This document shows, one piece after another, positions 55,607 through 64,000 of a stretch of 64,000 nt of DNA (positions within the stretch are counted from its first letter, which is position 1; every line of letters starts with the position of its first letter). A program made the position numbers and the translations under genes. Below the pieces are notes generated by a model that was not told the DNA's origin, made no database searches, and was given only the letters and a program-made list of their open reading frames with translations. The stretch comes from an uncultured bacterium. Lineage in GTDB: Bacteria; Patescibacteriota; Minisyncoccia; UBA6257; 2-01-FULL-56-20. Location: the NCBI GenBank assembly GCA_963707865.1, contig OY970175.1, positions 822,028-886,027 of the forward strand, written 5' to 3'.

Positions 55607-55773
55607 CCTCCGCACGGTTTTTCAAAATACTGCCACGGGCAGGGCTACACCCGCTTCCTCATTTTTATATTGCAGTTCCGACGCAATCTGAGGTGTCCGA
55701 ATCCTCTCCTGTGCGCAGAAAAACAATCCGCGACAGATTGTCCCTCATCTTTTAGTCGTGATAAAATAGCTCA

Positions 55774-56223
55774 ATGGATCGCAAACCTCTCTCTTCTGAG
55801 GAATTCAAGGCAATCTACTCGAAGGTCCCTAGATTGTGCGTTGACCTGATCATAAGGACGGAGAAAGGTATCGTTTTGACGCTCCGTAATCTTCCGTCGT
55901 GGAACAACCAATGGCACCTCCCCGGGGGGACGGTGCTTTACAAAGAAACCCTTGAGCAGGCAGTGGCAATGATTGCCCAGGAAGAATTAGGCATTCCCGT
56001 GCATATCGAAAAGATGCTGGGATATATTGAGTATCCGAGTGAAGAAAAGGAACGTGGATTTGGCTGGGCTATCAGCATCGCCTTCCTTTGCAGGACCGCT
56101 GCACAAGACTTCAAAGTCAATGACGAGGCCAGTAAGGCAGGCATTTTCGATCAATTACCGGAAAACCTGATTCACGAGCAATCGTCATTTTTGAGGGCTC
56201 ATTGGGCAGAAATTGAAAGATAA
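55774..56223 (+). CDS. NUDIX hydrolase
   Basis: WHLPGGTVLYKETLEQAVAMIAQEELGI matches the Nudix box (GX5EX7REUXEEXGU). Confidence 0.8.
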   Translation: MDRKPLSSEEFKAIYSKVPRLCVDLIIRTEKGIVLTLRNLPSWNNQWHLPGGTVLYKETLEQAVAMIAQEELGIPVHIEKMLGYIEYPSEEKERGFGWAISIAFLCRTAAQDFKVNDEASKAGIFDQLPENLIHEQSSFLRAHWAEIER

Positions 56224-56319
56224 GAGATCTTATATCTGCGCCCTACCAGGATCGTTCGAAAATCGTCCGGGCCTGTGCGCGGCACTTTCCCTTTGTGGTA
56301 TACTTTAGAAAAAGAACCG

Positions 56320-57396
56320 ATGGCAGAAGATTATAAAGCGAAGTTGAACGAGCTTTTGACGACGTGCGCGAAGCAGAGCGCTTCCGATTTGCACCTCGCG
56401 GTCGGACGGCGGCCAACGCTGCGCATTGATGGGACCCTCGTGCCGCTTCAGAAGGAGCCCATTATGACGCCGGAGGCGGCGGAAGGTATCATTGCGGAGC
56501 TTACGAGCGCCGAGCAGAAGGAGAGACTTGTTGCCCAGCGGCAGCTTGACTTCGCCTATAGTTTTGAGGACAAGGCGCGGTTCCGCGTGAATGTCTATTA
56601 CCAGCGCGGCTACCTCGCAGCAGCCCTACGCCTCGTGCCTGCGCGCATCAGAACGATTGAGGAGTTGAACCTCCCGCCCCTTCTCCACGATTTCAGTAAA
56701 CTGTCGCAGGGATTCATTCTCATCGTAGGCCCCGCAGGACACGGAAAGTCATCAACGCTCGCGGCAATCCTTGACGAAGTGAACCACACCAGGGCCGATC
56801 ACATCATTACCGTTGAGGATCCGGTTGAATACCTTTTTACGCAGGACAAATGCATCGTTTCGCAGCGTGAAATAGGAAGCGATGCAGTGAGTTTTCATAG
56901 CGCCCTGCGCACCGTTCTACGGCAGGATCCGGACGTCATCATGATCGGCGAAATGCGCGACGTTGTTTCCATTTCTACCGCAATGACGGCAGCGGAAACA
57001 GGGCACCTGGTATTTTCCACGCTTCATACGAATTCCGCGTCGCAGACGATTGATCGCATTATCGATTCTTTTCCGGCCGAGCAGCAGGGGCAGGTAACCT
57101 CCCAGCTCGCGGCAACCTTGGTCGCGATCATTTCTGAACGGCTCTTGCCGAGGATCTCCGGTGGCCGCATCCCGTCCATGGAAATTATGATCGTGAACCC
57201 GGCTATTCGGAATCTTATCCGCGAGCGGAAAACGTATCAAGTTGACCTTGTGATCGAGACCTCATTGCAGGAGGGTATGGTGACGCTGAACCGCTCGCTC
57301 GCGAATCTTGTAAAAAACAAGGAAATATCGCTCGAGAATGCCGAGCTCTATTCATTGAATCCGGCGGAGCTTCGGATTCTTCTTGAACGGACGTAA
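56320..57396 (+). CDS. pilT: twitching-motility ATPase PilT
   Basis: ILIVGPAGHGKSSTLAAILDEVNHTRADHIITVEDPVEYLF, the AIRNLIRE motif, and ~360 aa with no N-terminal extension. Confidence 0.85.
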   Translation: MAEDYKAKLNELLTTCAKQSASDLHLAVGRRPTLRIDGTLVPLQKEPIMTPEAAEGIIAELTSAEQKERLVAQRQLDFAYSFEDKARFRVNVYYQRGYLAAALRLVPARIRTIEELNLPPLLHDFSKLSQGFILIVGPAGHGKSSTLAAILDEVNHTRADHIITVEDPVEYLFTQDKCIVSQREIGSDAVSFHSALRTVLRQDPDVIMIGEMRDVVSISTAMTAAETGHLVFSTLHTNSASQTIDRIIDSFPAEQQGQVTSQLAATLVAIISERLLPRISGGRIPSMEIMIVNPAIRNLIRERKTYQVDLVIETSLQEGMVTLNRSLANLVKNKEISLENAELYSLNPAELRILLERT

Positions 57397-57398
57397 TA

Positions 57399-58610
57399 AT
57401 GAGATTTAAGTATCAAGCCAAAACCAAAGAGGGGGAGATGCAGGTCGGGTTCGTAGAAGCGGGGGATCGCGATGGTGCCGTGAATATTCTCACAAGCCAC
57501 GATCTCTTCATTTTGAGTGTGGAAGGCGAAGAAAAGATAGGCCTCTTTGAGCAGATTTCTTCCCTTTTTAATCAGGTTCGCCGCAAGGACATAATTATTT
57601 TTTCCCGCCAGCTTGCGACGCTCCTCCAAGCGCAGTTACCGTTCAATAGTTGTCTCAAAGTACTTTCCGAGCAAACCAAAAATAAGATTTTGAAGGAAGT
57701 GATTCTTGAAATTGCGAGGGACATTGACGCCGGGATTCCTTTCTCGCAGGCCATGGCTAAGCAAGGACACATTTTCCCTGAGTATTATATTGAAATGGTG
57801 CGCGTGGGCGAGGTGACTGGCAATCTGAACGAGATCGCCGACCTTTTTGCCAATTACACTGAAAAAGAGGGAGCGCTGGCCGGAAAGATTGCTTCCGCCA
57901 TGATTTATCCCGGCGTTGTCCTCACTCTTTTTATCGTTGTTGTGTTTATCTTGATCATCTTTGTCTATCCCGCGCTTGGTTCTGTTTTTGCTGAGAATGG
58001 GATCATGCTTCCATGGTATACCCAGGCTTTTTTGAGCACAGGGACCTTTTTAGGCAAATGGTGGCTCGCGGTGGTCGTTGTGGTCGCTTTCCTCGGATTT
58101 GCCGGCTTTAATTATTTCGGAACCAACGAGGGCAGAGCGGTGCTGGATGAGGCGAAAATCCGGCTTCCCATCATACGCAGAATATATACGCCCATCATCA
58201 TGGCGCGGTTCGCAAGTTCCGCGGCTCTCCTTGTGCATGGCGGCATCCCTATCGTGCAATCCATTGAAATCATCAGTCACATGACAGGAAATGTATTGTA
58301 TAGGGATATCCTGCACGATATCGCCGAAGATGTGCGGCAAGGAGAGCTTTTATCTCAAAGTATTGCAAAGCACCCGCAATTTTTCCCAGATATCGTGCCT
58401 CAGATGGTAGCTGTCGGTGAAAAGACTGCAAAGGTAGAGGAAATGCTTAACCGTCTATCGGCGATGTATACTCGCGAAGCAGATGACGTTTCAAGCAATC
58501 TCGCCGAGCTCCTTCAGCCGCTGCTTATCGTTGGCATGGGTGCCATGGTCGGATTGCTTTTCGCCTCAATTCTGATACCGATTTACAGCTTGACGGCGAG
58601 CATCCATTAA
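57399..58610 (+). CDS. pilC: type IV pilus platform protein PilC (GspF family)
   Basis: Two GspF repeats (FSRQLATLLQAQLPFNSCLKVL...; FASSAALLVHGGIPIVQSIEII...) and three TM helices. Confidence 0.85.
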   Translation: MRFKYQAKTKEGEMQVGFVEAGDRDGAVNILTSHDLFILSVEGEEKIGLFEQISSLFNQVRRKDIIIFSRQLATLLQAQLPFNSCLKVLSEQTKNKILKEVILEIARDIDAGIPFSQAMAKQGHIFPEYYIEMVRVGEVTGNLNEIADLFANYTEKEGALAGKIASAMIYPGVVLTLFIVVVFILIIFVYPALGSVFAENGIMLPWYTQAFLSTGTFLGKWWLAVVVVVAFLGFAGFNYFGTNEGRAVLDEAKIRLPIIRRIYTPIIMARFASSAALLVHGGIPIVQSIEIISHMTGNVLYRDILHDIAEDVRQGELLSQSIAKHPQFFPDIVPQMVAVGEKTAKVEEMLNRLSAMYTREADDVSSNLAELLQPLLIVGMGAMVGLLFASILIPIYSLTASIH

Positions 58611-58701
58611 AAACTTATCCACATCTCAAACGGCTCCATTTTTCCCCGTATCTGTGGTAACTTTATTAAATGGAAAGGTCGAATTTAACCAAGCAACCTA
58701 T

Positions 58702-59025
58702 ATGACTGTAAAACAAGACAAAAAGGGTTTTACCCTGATCGAGATGATGATCGTGGTAGCCATCATCGGTATTTTGGCCGCTATTGTTATGGCAAACTTT
58801 GGGAGTGCTCAAAACGCTGCGATAGATGCGCGACTTGAGGCCGAAGCACACGAGTGCGCTAATGAGCTTGCCATATGTTCTGTAAGAAACAACGGCGTAA
58901 CTACCGGCTGCACTAGTGATATTGTCGATAAGATCGGCACAATTACGGCCTCGGCCGCGAATGGCACGTGTACCGCGACGAATCCCAATGACGGATTCAC
59001 ATTTTCGACCAGCCCGATATTTTAA
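58702..59025 (+). CDS. type IV major pilin (prepilin, class III signal)
   Basis: MTVKQDKKG|FTLIEMMIVVAIIGILAAIV prepilin cleavage/methylation motif. Cys pair in the C-terminal region. Confidence 0.8.
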   Translation: MTVKQDKKGFTLIEMMIVVAIIGILAAIVMANFGSAQNAAIDARLEAEAHECANELAICSVRNNGVTTGCTSDIVDKIGTITASAANGTCTATNPNDGFTFSTSPIF

Positions 59026-59032
59026 AAGCTAG

Positions 59033-59881
59033 TTGCGCATGAGGTTACCTCTGTTTTTTGTCTTCGGCCTCGTCGTAGGCAGCTTTTTTAACGTCATCGC
59101 TCTGCGGTATGACGGAGAGAATTTCTTGTTCAATCCAAAGGTAATAGGCGGGCGGTCGCGTTGTCCCCATTGCCACACCACCCTCCGCTGGTTCGAACTC
59201 GTCCCCCTTGTGAGCTTCATCATTCAAGGCGGCAAGTGTCGCCACTGCAAAGCTTTCATCGGATTTAGGTACCCCGTGGTTGAGCTGTTATCCGGGCTGA
59301 TCTTTTTATTTGTTCCCCTTCAGCGTTTGTTCTTTTTCCCAAATTTCCCTACCATTTCAGTTTTATGGGTCTTCGCTTTTGAGATTTTCCTCCTCATCGG
59401 TTATATAGATATTTTGCTCGGCATCATCCCCGATGAGCTCAATATTTTGCTTTTTGCAGTGGGCCTTCTTGAAACCTACAAGCTTGCAATATCCGGCGCC
59501 AGCAATGTTTCTTTTTTGGGACTCCCTGCCGCATTTTTTGGATTGCAAACGAATGTGTGGACAAATCATTTTGCGGCTGCGCTCTTCGGCGCCGCATTCT
59601 TCGGGCTACTTGTGATCGTAACCAAAGGAAAGGGAATGGGATTAGGGGACGTAAAACTGGCGTTTCCTTTGGGATTCCTTTTTGGCTGGCCTGACATTTT
59701 GATACTTTTGATGATGACATTTGTGATCGGGGGTGTATTTGGAATTTTTGCCGTCACGGGTGGGTCAAAAACATTGAAAAGCCAGGTTCCTTTCGCCCCT
59801 TTTCTGATGATGGGGGCAACCGTCGTTTTTTTCTTTGGTGCGACGCTCTTTCAAGCATATTTCCATGTGATAGGATTATAA
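59033..59881 (+). CDS. pilD: prepilin peptidase PilD (A24 family)
   Basis: N-terminal zinc-finger CPHC...CRHC. Polytopic with conserved Asp-containing loops (GLGDVKL). Confidence 0.8.
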   Translation: MRMRLPLFFVFGLVVGSFFNVIALRYDGENFLFNPKVIGGRSRCPHCHTTLRWFELVPLVSFIIQGGKCRHCKAFIGFRYPVVELLSGLIFLFVPLQRLFFFPNFPTISVLWVFAFEIFLLIGYIDILLGIIPDELNILLFAVGLLETYKLAISGASNVSFLGLPAAFFGLQTNVWTNHFAAALFGAAFFGLLVIVTKGKGMGLGDVKLAFPLGFLFGWPDILILLMMTFVIGGVFGIFAVTGGSKTLKSQVPFAPFLMMGATVVFFFGATLFQAYFHVIGL

Positions 59882-59885
59882 GGAG

Positions 59886-60395
59886 ATGTTCCGCAGAGCT
59901 TTTACCCTTATCGAGATAATAGTGACCATTGCGCTGATGGCGATTTTTGCGGGGATTGCCATCCTGTCTTCGCGTAACGGTCAGGCGGCAATGGCATTGT
60001 CGGGTGAAGCAGAAAAAATCGGCCAATTTGCTCTCGAGGCAAAATCACTTGCCCTTGTCGCCTATAGCCCTTCCGGTTCCGCAATCTGCGGTTACGGGGT
60101 AGTGGTGGATCCGGGAAGTCAGACCTATTCAATCTTTGCCTACGAACCGGGCGGTTCCCCTTGCCCATCGGCAGATAGTGTGACCGTCCCCGGAATTTAT
60201 GACGGAACTGAGCATCCCTATTCTGGCGGGACGTGGCGGGTGCCCACTGCGCAAGGCGTGACGATCAGTTCTGGAGGCGTCGTTCTTTTTTATCCACCGG
60301 ATCCCACCGTCCTTGGTGGAGGTTCCTTTTCGCTCAGCGGGGGAGGGGGCAGCAAAACCATTTCGGTAAGTTCGGCAGGCCAGGTATCTTTTTAA
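59886..60395 (+). CDS. minor pilin / pseudopilin
   Basis: MFRRAFTLIEIIVTIALMAIFAGIAIL class III signal. Confidence 0.7.
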   Translation: MFRRAFTLIEIIVTIALMAIFAGIAILSSRNGQAAMALSGEAEKIGQFALEAKSLALVAYSPSGSAICGYGVVVDPGSQTYSIFAYEPGGSPCPSADSVTVPGIYDGTEHPYSGGTWRVPTAQGVTISSGGVVLFYPPDPTVLGGGSFSLSGGGGSKTISVSSAGQVSF

Positions 60396-60406
60396 AATAA
60401 AAGCAT

Positions 60407-60853
60407 ATGTCATTAAGAAAGAGGGGACAGACGCTTATTGAGGTCATGGTCGGCCTTTCGATGCTCACGATTGGATTTTCGGGGATTTTTTCCCTTCTCA
60501 CCCAATCATTAAAAATGACCGCGACGATAAGTAACGGAACCGTAGCTACCTATCTTGCAGCCGAAGGCATCGAACTCGCGCACAACCTCATCTATCACGA
60601 TGTCTTTGAAGAAGTTGCAGGCGTGGGAAGCGGTTGGGGGGCGTGCTTCGGAGCGGGGGGGAATTTTTACCTTGACTATACCACCCACAGTTGCCCCCCG
60701 CCTTCGTATTCCGGCCAAGTTGTCATGTCTGGATTCGCAAGAGAAGTTACGGTTACTCCCGCCGGTTCAGACGAGATCGCCGTACAGTCTACGGTGACAT
60801 CGCCGAATGGGCAAACGGTCGTTTTACAAGATATTTTTTATAACTGGCGATGA
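60407..60853 (+). CDS. minor pilin / pseudopilin
   Basis: RGQTLIEVMVGLSMLTIGFSGIFSLL class III signal. Confidence 0.65.
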   Translation: MSLRKRGQTLIEVMVGLSMLTIGFSGIFSLLTQSLKMTATISNGTVATYLAAEGIELAHNLIYHDVFEEVAGVGSGWGACFGAGGNFYLDYTTHSCPPPSYSGQVVMSGFAREVTVTPAGSDEIAVQSTVTSPNGQTVVLQDIFYNWR

Positions 60854-61338
60854 ACCGTCAAGGTTTTACGTTAGTAGAAGTACTTACCGCCATTGCAGTC
60901 TTTTCGATTGTGGTTACGATTGCTGCCGGCGCATTTGTAAGTGCAATGAAAGCTCAGGGAGAGCTCGCAGGAATCATTGCGATGCAATCCAATGCAAGTA
61001 CCGCGCTGGAGCAAATGACTCGCGAGATACGAACAGGATCTCAATTTTCGGGTTCCGGCGGCAGCCTTTCTTTTACCAATGCAAAGGGACAAGGAGTTAC
61101 GTACGGATTGCAAGGCGGTGCGCTCGCCAGGAATTCTTCTCCCCTCACCGGCGCCAACATGACAGTGACGAGTTTGAGCTTTATAGTTTTTGGAAATACG
61201 AGCGGCGATCATTGGAATCCACTCATAACGATCTTAATGAACGCGGCGCCGAACTCGAGCGGCGCGTCGGGCGGTATCAATTTGGAAACTTCGGTGAGTG
61301 CCAGGGCAATTGATTGCGACGCTGCAGGCAAATGCTGA
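60850..61338 (+). CDS. minor pilin / pseudopilin (PilW/GspJ-like)
   Basis: MNRQGFTLVEVLTAIAVFSIVVTIAAGAF. Start overlaps the previous stop (ATGA). Confidence 0.7.
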   Translation: MNRQGFTLVEVLTAIAVFSIVVTIAAGAFVSAMKAQGELAGIIAMQSNASTALEQMTREIRTGSQFSGSGGSLSFTNAKGQGVTYGLQGGALARNSSPLTGANMTVTSLSFIVFGNTSGDHWNPLITILMNAAPNSSGASGGINLETSVSARAIDCDAAGKC

Positions 61339-61733
61339 CATCAACAATGTTCCAATTCATCAAAATCAAAAATAATCGTTTCGGCCAGGCGGTGGTTGTT
61401 GCCATTTTGACCATTGGCATCACGCTGCTCGGAGCCACCGCGTTTGCGGGCGTTATTATGGCAAATGAATTACGGGCCGCGGGAAGCGTCCCGGATTCGG
61501 CAAACGCTATATTCATTGCGGATTCAGGCGTGAATTGGGCCTTATATAGTTATCTCACCGGGAAGTCCGTTGCACAACCAGGGGTACCTTCAGGAGAATC
61601 GCTTTTGGTGACCTGTTTTGATTCAACGGGTGCAGCGCTAGCTTGCACGAGCCCCGATGTCAAAACCGTGGTTTCGAAAGGGACCTCGGTGGGAGGTTCG
61701 CGACGCGCCTTTTTGCTTGATGTCAAGCCATAG
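61335..61733 (+). CDS. minor pilin-like protein (PilX-like)
   Basis: N-terminal hydrophobic helix QAVVVAILTIGITLLGATAFAGVIMA. Start overlaps the previous stop by 4 nt. Confidence 0.5.
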   Translation: MTSTMFQFIKIKNNRFGQAVVVAILTIGITLLGATAFAGVIMANELRAAGSVPDSANAIFIADSGVNWALYSYLTGKSVAQPGVPSGESLLVTCFDSTGAALACTSPDVKTVVSKGTSVGGSRRAFLLDVKP

Positions 61734-61745
61734 TTTGGAAAACGT

Positions 61746-63872
61746 ATGGCCAAGTCCGAAGCCCGCGAGCGGATCGCACATCTTAAGAAGGTTATCAACG
61801 AGTATCGGTATTCGCGACTGGTTCGCAACAAGGAGTTGGTTTCTCCCGAGGCAGAAGACGCTCTCAAGAAGGAACTGTTTGATTTAGAAACGCAATTTCC
61901 GGATCTCATAACGCCCGATTCGCCGACGCAGCGCGTGGCGGGAAAGCCGCTCAAGGAATTCGCGAAGGTGCGCCACGTGGAGCGGATGACTTCCTTCAAC
62001 GATGCCTTTTCAGAAGAGGATGTGCACGCGTGGTTCACGCGGCTCACAAATTATTTGGGCCATTCCCTCGTACCGCACGCGCCGGCGAAAAGAGAGCACG
62101 CGAGCGGCCGTGGCGTTCCCCTTTTCTATTGCGAGCTGAAAATAGATGGGCTCGCAATTGAGCTTGAATACGAGAACGGCATTTTCGTCCGCGGTTCTAC
62201 CCGCGGCGACGGACTGATCGGCGAGGATGTCACGCAAAATCTGCGGACGGTAGAGGCGATCCCACTCAAACTTTTGGAGCCGGACGAAGTGGCAGCGAAT
62301 CTCAAAAAAATATCTCTTAACCCAAAAGCGTATATCCCAAACCCGAGGCACTTGATTGTCCGCGGCGAAGTGTTTCTCACAAAAAAAGAATTCGCGAAGA
62401 TCAACAAAGAACAGGAAAAAAAAGGACTGAAATCTTACGCAAATCCGCGGAACGTCGCTGCCGGCTCCGTGCGCCAGCTGGATCCCACGGTCACCGCGCG
62501 CCGGCGCCTGGATTCGTTCCAATACGACATTGTCACGGACATCGGGCAAACGTATCACGAAGAAGTACACTTGCTTTTAAAAGCATTTGGATTCAAAACC
62601 AATCCGAACAACAAGTCAGCGGAAACCATCGCCCAGACATTCGCGTTTCGGGACTATTGGGCAAAGCATCGCGAGAAGCTTGATTATGAAATTGACGGGA
62701 CGGTCATCATTGTGAACGACAATGCGACCTTTGCGCGGGCGGGGATCATCGGCAAGGCGCCGCGCGCGGCGATCGCATATAAATTTTCTCCGCGCGAAGC
62801 GACGACGGTGGTAGAGGATATAAAGGTGCAAGTTGGGCGGACGGGCGCGTTGACGCCGGTCGCGGTCATGCGGCCGGTCGCCGTGGGGGGCATCACGATC
62901 ACGCATGCGACGCTTCACAACGCGGACGAGATCGCGCGGCTCGGTTTGAAAATAGGGGATACGGTGATCGTTTCGCGGGCGGGCGACGTGATACCGCAGG
63001 TGACGAAAGTGCTCACCGAACTCCGCACCGGAAAAGAAAAAGCATTTCACATGCCCGAGCGTTGCCCGGTGGACGGTTCGCGGGTCGCGCGCGACGGCGC
63101 CATCCATCGCTGTTCGTCCAAGGACTGCGGCGCAAAGCACCGAGAATTTCTCTACCATTTCGTTTCGCGAGGCGCATTCAACATTGAGGGGCTTGGCCCG
63201 AAGATCATTGATCGATTCCTTGATGAGGGGCTTATCTCCGACGCCGCGGACATTTTTACGCTTGAGGAGGGGGATGTCGCCGCACTTGCGCGGTTCGGCG
63301 AAAAATCGGCAGAAAACATCGTCCAGGAAGTCGCCGAGAAAAAGAAGGTACCGCTTGCGCGGTTTCTCTACGCCCTCGGCATCCTCCATGTCGGCGAGGA
63401 GACCGCCGTGCTGCTTGCGAAAAATTTTGATTTCCCGCATGCAGCCGGCCGCGTGGCGATCAAAGACATTTTGAAAGTTTTTGGAATGCTCTCGCTTGAA
63501 GATCTACAAAAAGTGAAAGACATCGGGCCGAAGGTCGGGCAGAGCATCTATGACTGGTTCCGCGAGTCGCGCAGCGTGAGGTTTCTCATGCGGTTGGAAA
63601 AAGCCGGCGTTGAAGTTGGAGCCCAACCGCGGAGCGCGACGAGCGGAAAGCTCGCAGGGAAGGCATTCGTCTTGACGGGCGGGCTCACATCCATGAGCCG
63701 CGAAGCGGCGAAGGAAAAAATCCGCGAGCTCGGCGGCGAAGCGTCCGAGTCCGTGAGCAGAAAAACTGATTACGTCGTCGCGGGCTCCGAGCCCGGGTCA
63801 AAGTACGAGAGAGCAAAAAAACTTGGCGTGAGGGTTATAGACGAAAAAGAATTTCTCGCGATGTTGAAATAA
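61746..63872 (+). CDS. ligA: NAD-dependent DNA ligase LigA
   Basis: Ia domain. Adenylation motif CELKIDGLAIEL. OB fold. Cys4 Zn finger. HhH repeats. C-terminal BRCT (KAFVLTGGLTSMSREAAKEKIRELGGEASESVSRKTDYVVAG). Confidence 0.9.
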   Translation: MAKSEARERIAHLKKVINEYRYSRLVRNKELVSPEAEDALKKELFDLETQFPDLITPDSPTQRVAGKPLKEFAKVRHVERMTSFNDAFSEEDVHAWFTRLTNYLGHSLVPHAPAKREHASGRGVPLFYCELKIDGLAIELEYENGIFVRGSTRGDGLIGEDVTQNLRTVEAIPLKLLEPDEVAANLKKISLNPKAYIPNPRHLIVRGEVFLTKKEFAKINKEQEKKGLKSYANPRNVAAGSVRQLDPTVTARRRLDSFQYDIVTDIGQTYHEEVHLLLKAFGFKTNPNNKSAETIAQTFAFRDYWAKHREKLDYEIDGTVIIVNDNATFARAGIIGKAPRAAIAYKFSPREATTVVEDIKVQVGRTGALTPVAVMRPVAVGGITITHATLHNADEIARLGLKIGDTVIVSRAGDVIPQVTKVLTELRTGKEKAFHMPERCPVDGSRVARDGAIHRCSSKDCGAKHREFLYHFVSRGAFNIEGLGPKIIDRFLDEGLISDAADIFTLEEGDVAALARFGEKSAENIVQEVAEKKKVPLARFLYALGILHVGEETAVLLAKNFDFPHAAGRVAIKDILKVFGMLSLEDLQKVKDIGPKVGQSIYDWFRESRSVRFLMRLEKAGVEVGAQPRSATSGKLAGKAFVLTGGLTSMSREAAKEKIRELGGEASESVSRKTDYVVAGSEPGSKYERAKKLGVRVIDEKEFLAMLK

Positions 63873-63887
63873 CCCCGCAAAGACGGT

Positions 63888-63916
63888 TTGATTTATTGAG
63901 ACAAGGAGTATAAAAT
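63888..63916 (+). promoter_or_regulatory. candidate promoter for tRNA-Asp (TTGATT-17-TAAAAT)
   Basis: ttgatt at 63888-63893, 17-nt spacer, taaaat at 63911-63916. Confidence 0.3.
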
Positions 63917-63937
63917 TTTTGAGAAAGCGTTGAAATT

Positions 63938-64000
63938 GCGGGCGTAGCTTAGCCTGGCAGAGCGTCCCCCTGTCACGGGGAAGGTCGTGGGTTCAAATCC
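63938..64000 (+). tRNA. tRNA-Asp (anticodon GUC), 3'-partial at window edge
   Basis: Acceptor gcgggcg. D-arm gctt-agcctggca-gagc. Anticodon stem tcccc/gggga with loop ctGTCac. T-arm gtggg-ttcaaat-cc... truncated by the window end. Confidence 0.7.

Overview
The window looks like a 64-kb piece of a small-genome, probably monoderm bacterium with moderately high GC. The gene content suggests Candidate Phyla Radiation (Patescibacteria/Parcubacteria-like). That placement is an inference from arrays of TrbC/VirB2-like T4SS pilin genes, a secretin-less type IV pilus (T4P)/competence cluster, and several surface proteins with PG_binding_1 domains.

Recognisable core genes:
- gyrA (3' part)
- rpsO-pnp
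- recA, a rodZ-like gene and ftsK
- an IscS/NifS-type cysteine desulfurase
- an HtrA-like protease, clpB and galU
- HU, and an ECF sigma/anti-sigma pair
- ligA
- a full T4P set: comF, pilM, pilN, pilO, pilB, pilT, pilC, a major pilin, pilD and four minor pilins
- four tRNAs: Leu-UAG, Gly-GCC, Arg-GCG, and a partial Asp-GUC at the window end.

Accessory or unusual content:
- 2081-6131: a tandem array of seven small paralogous T4SS-pilin-like membrane proteins. One of them is fused to a peptidase-M15 (VanY-like) cell-wall hydrolase domain. The array lies just upstream of a tRNA-Leu whose 3' end abuts a tyrosine recombinase gene.
- 23986-30825: a 2279-aa secreted giant protein with 12 or more near-identical 312-bp (104-aa) tandem repeats.
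- A NYN (PIN-like) nuclease gene wedged between rpsO and pnp.
- A eukaryotic-type phosphomannomutase.
- 38556-39236: an ORF saturated with a recurring 9-mer (ATCCGGCAA and its reverse complement), including an 18-bp perfect palindrome, followed by CTAG palindromes.
- A low-GC LAGLIDADG-like endonuclease gene abutting tRNA-Gly.
- A tRNA-Arg whose 3' end is directly repeated about 210 bp away across a hairpin-rich segment.
- A truncated GT2 gene joined to a surface protein that lacks a leader peptide.
- Several long palindromic intergenic elements.

All functional calls come from motif-level reading of the translations; no database search was run.
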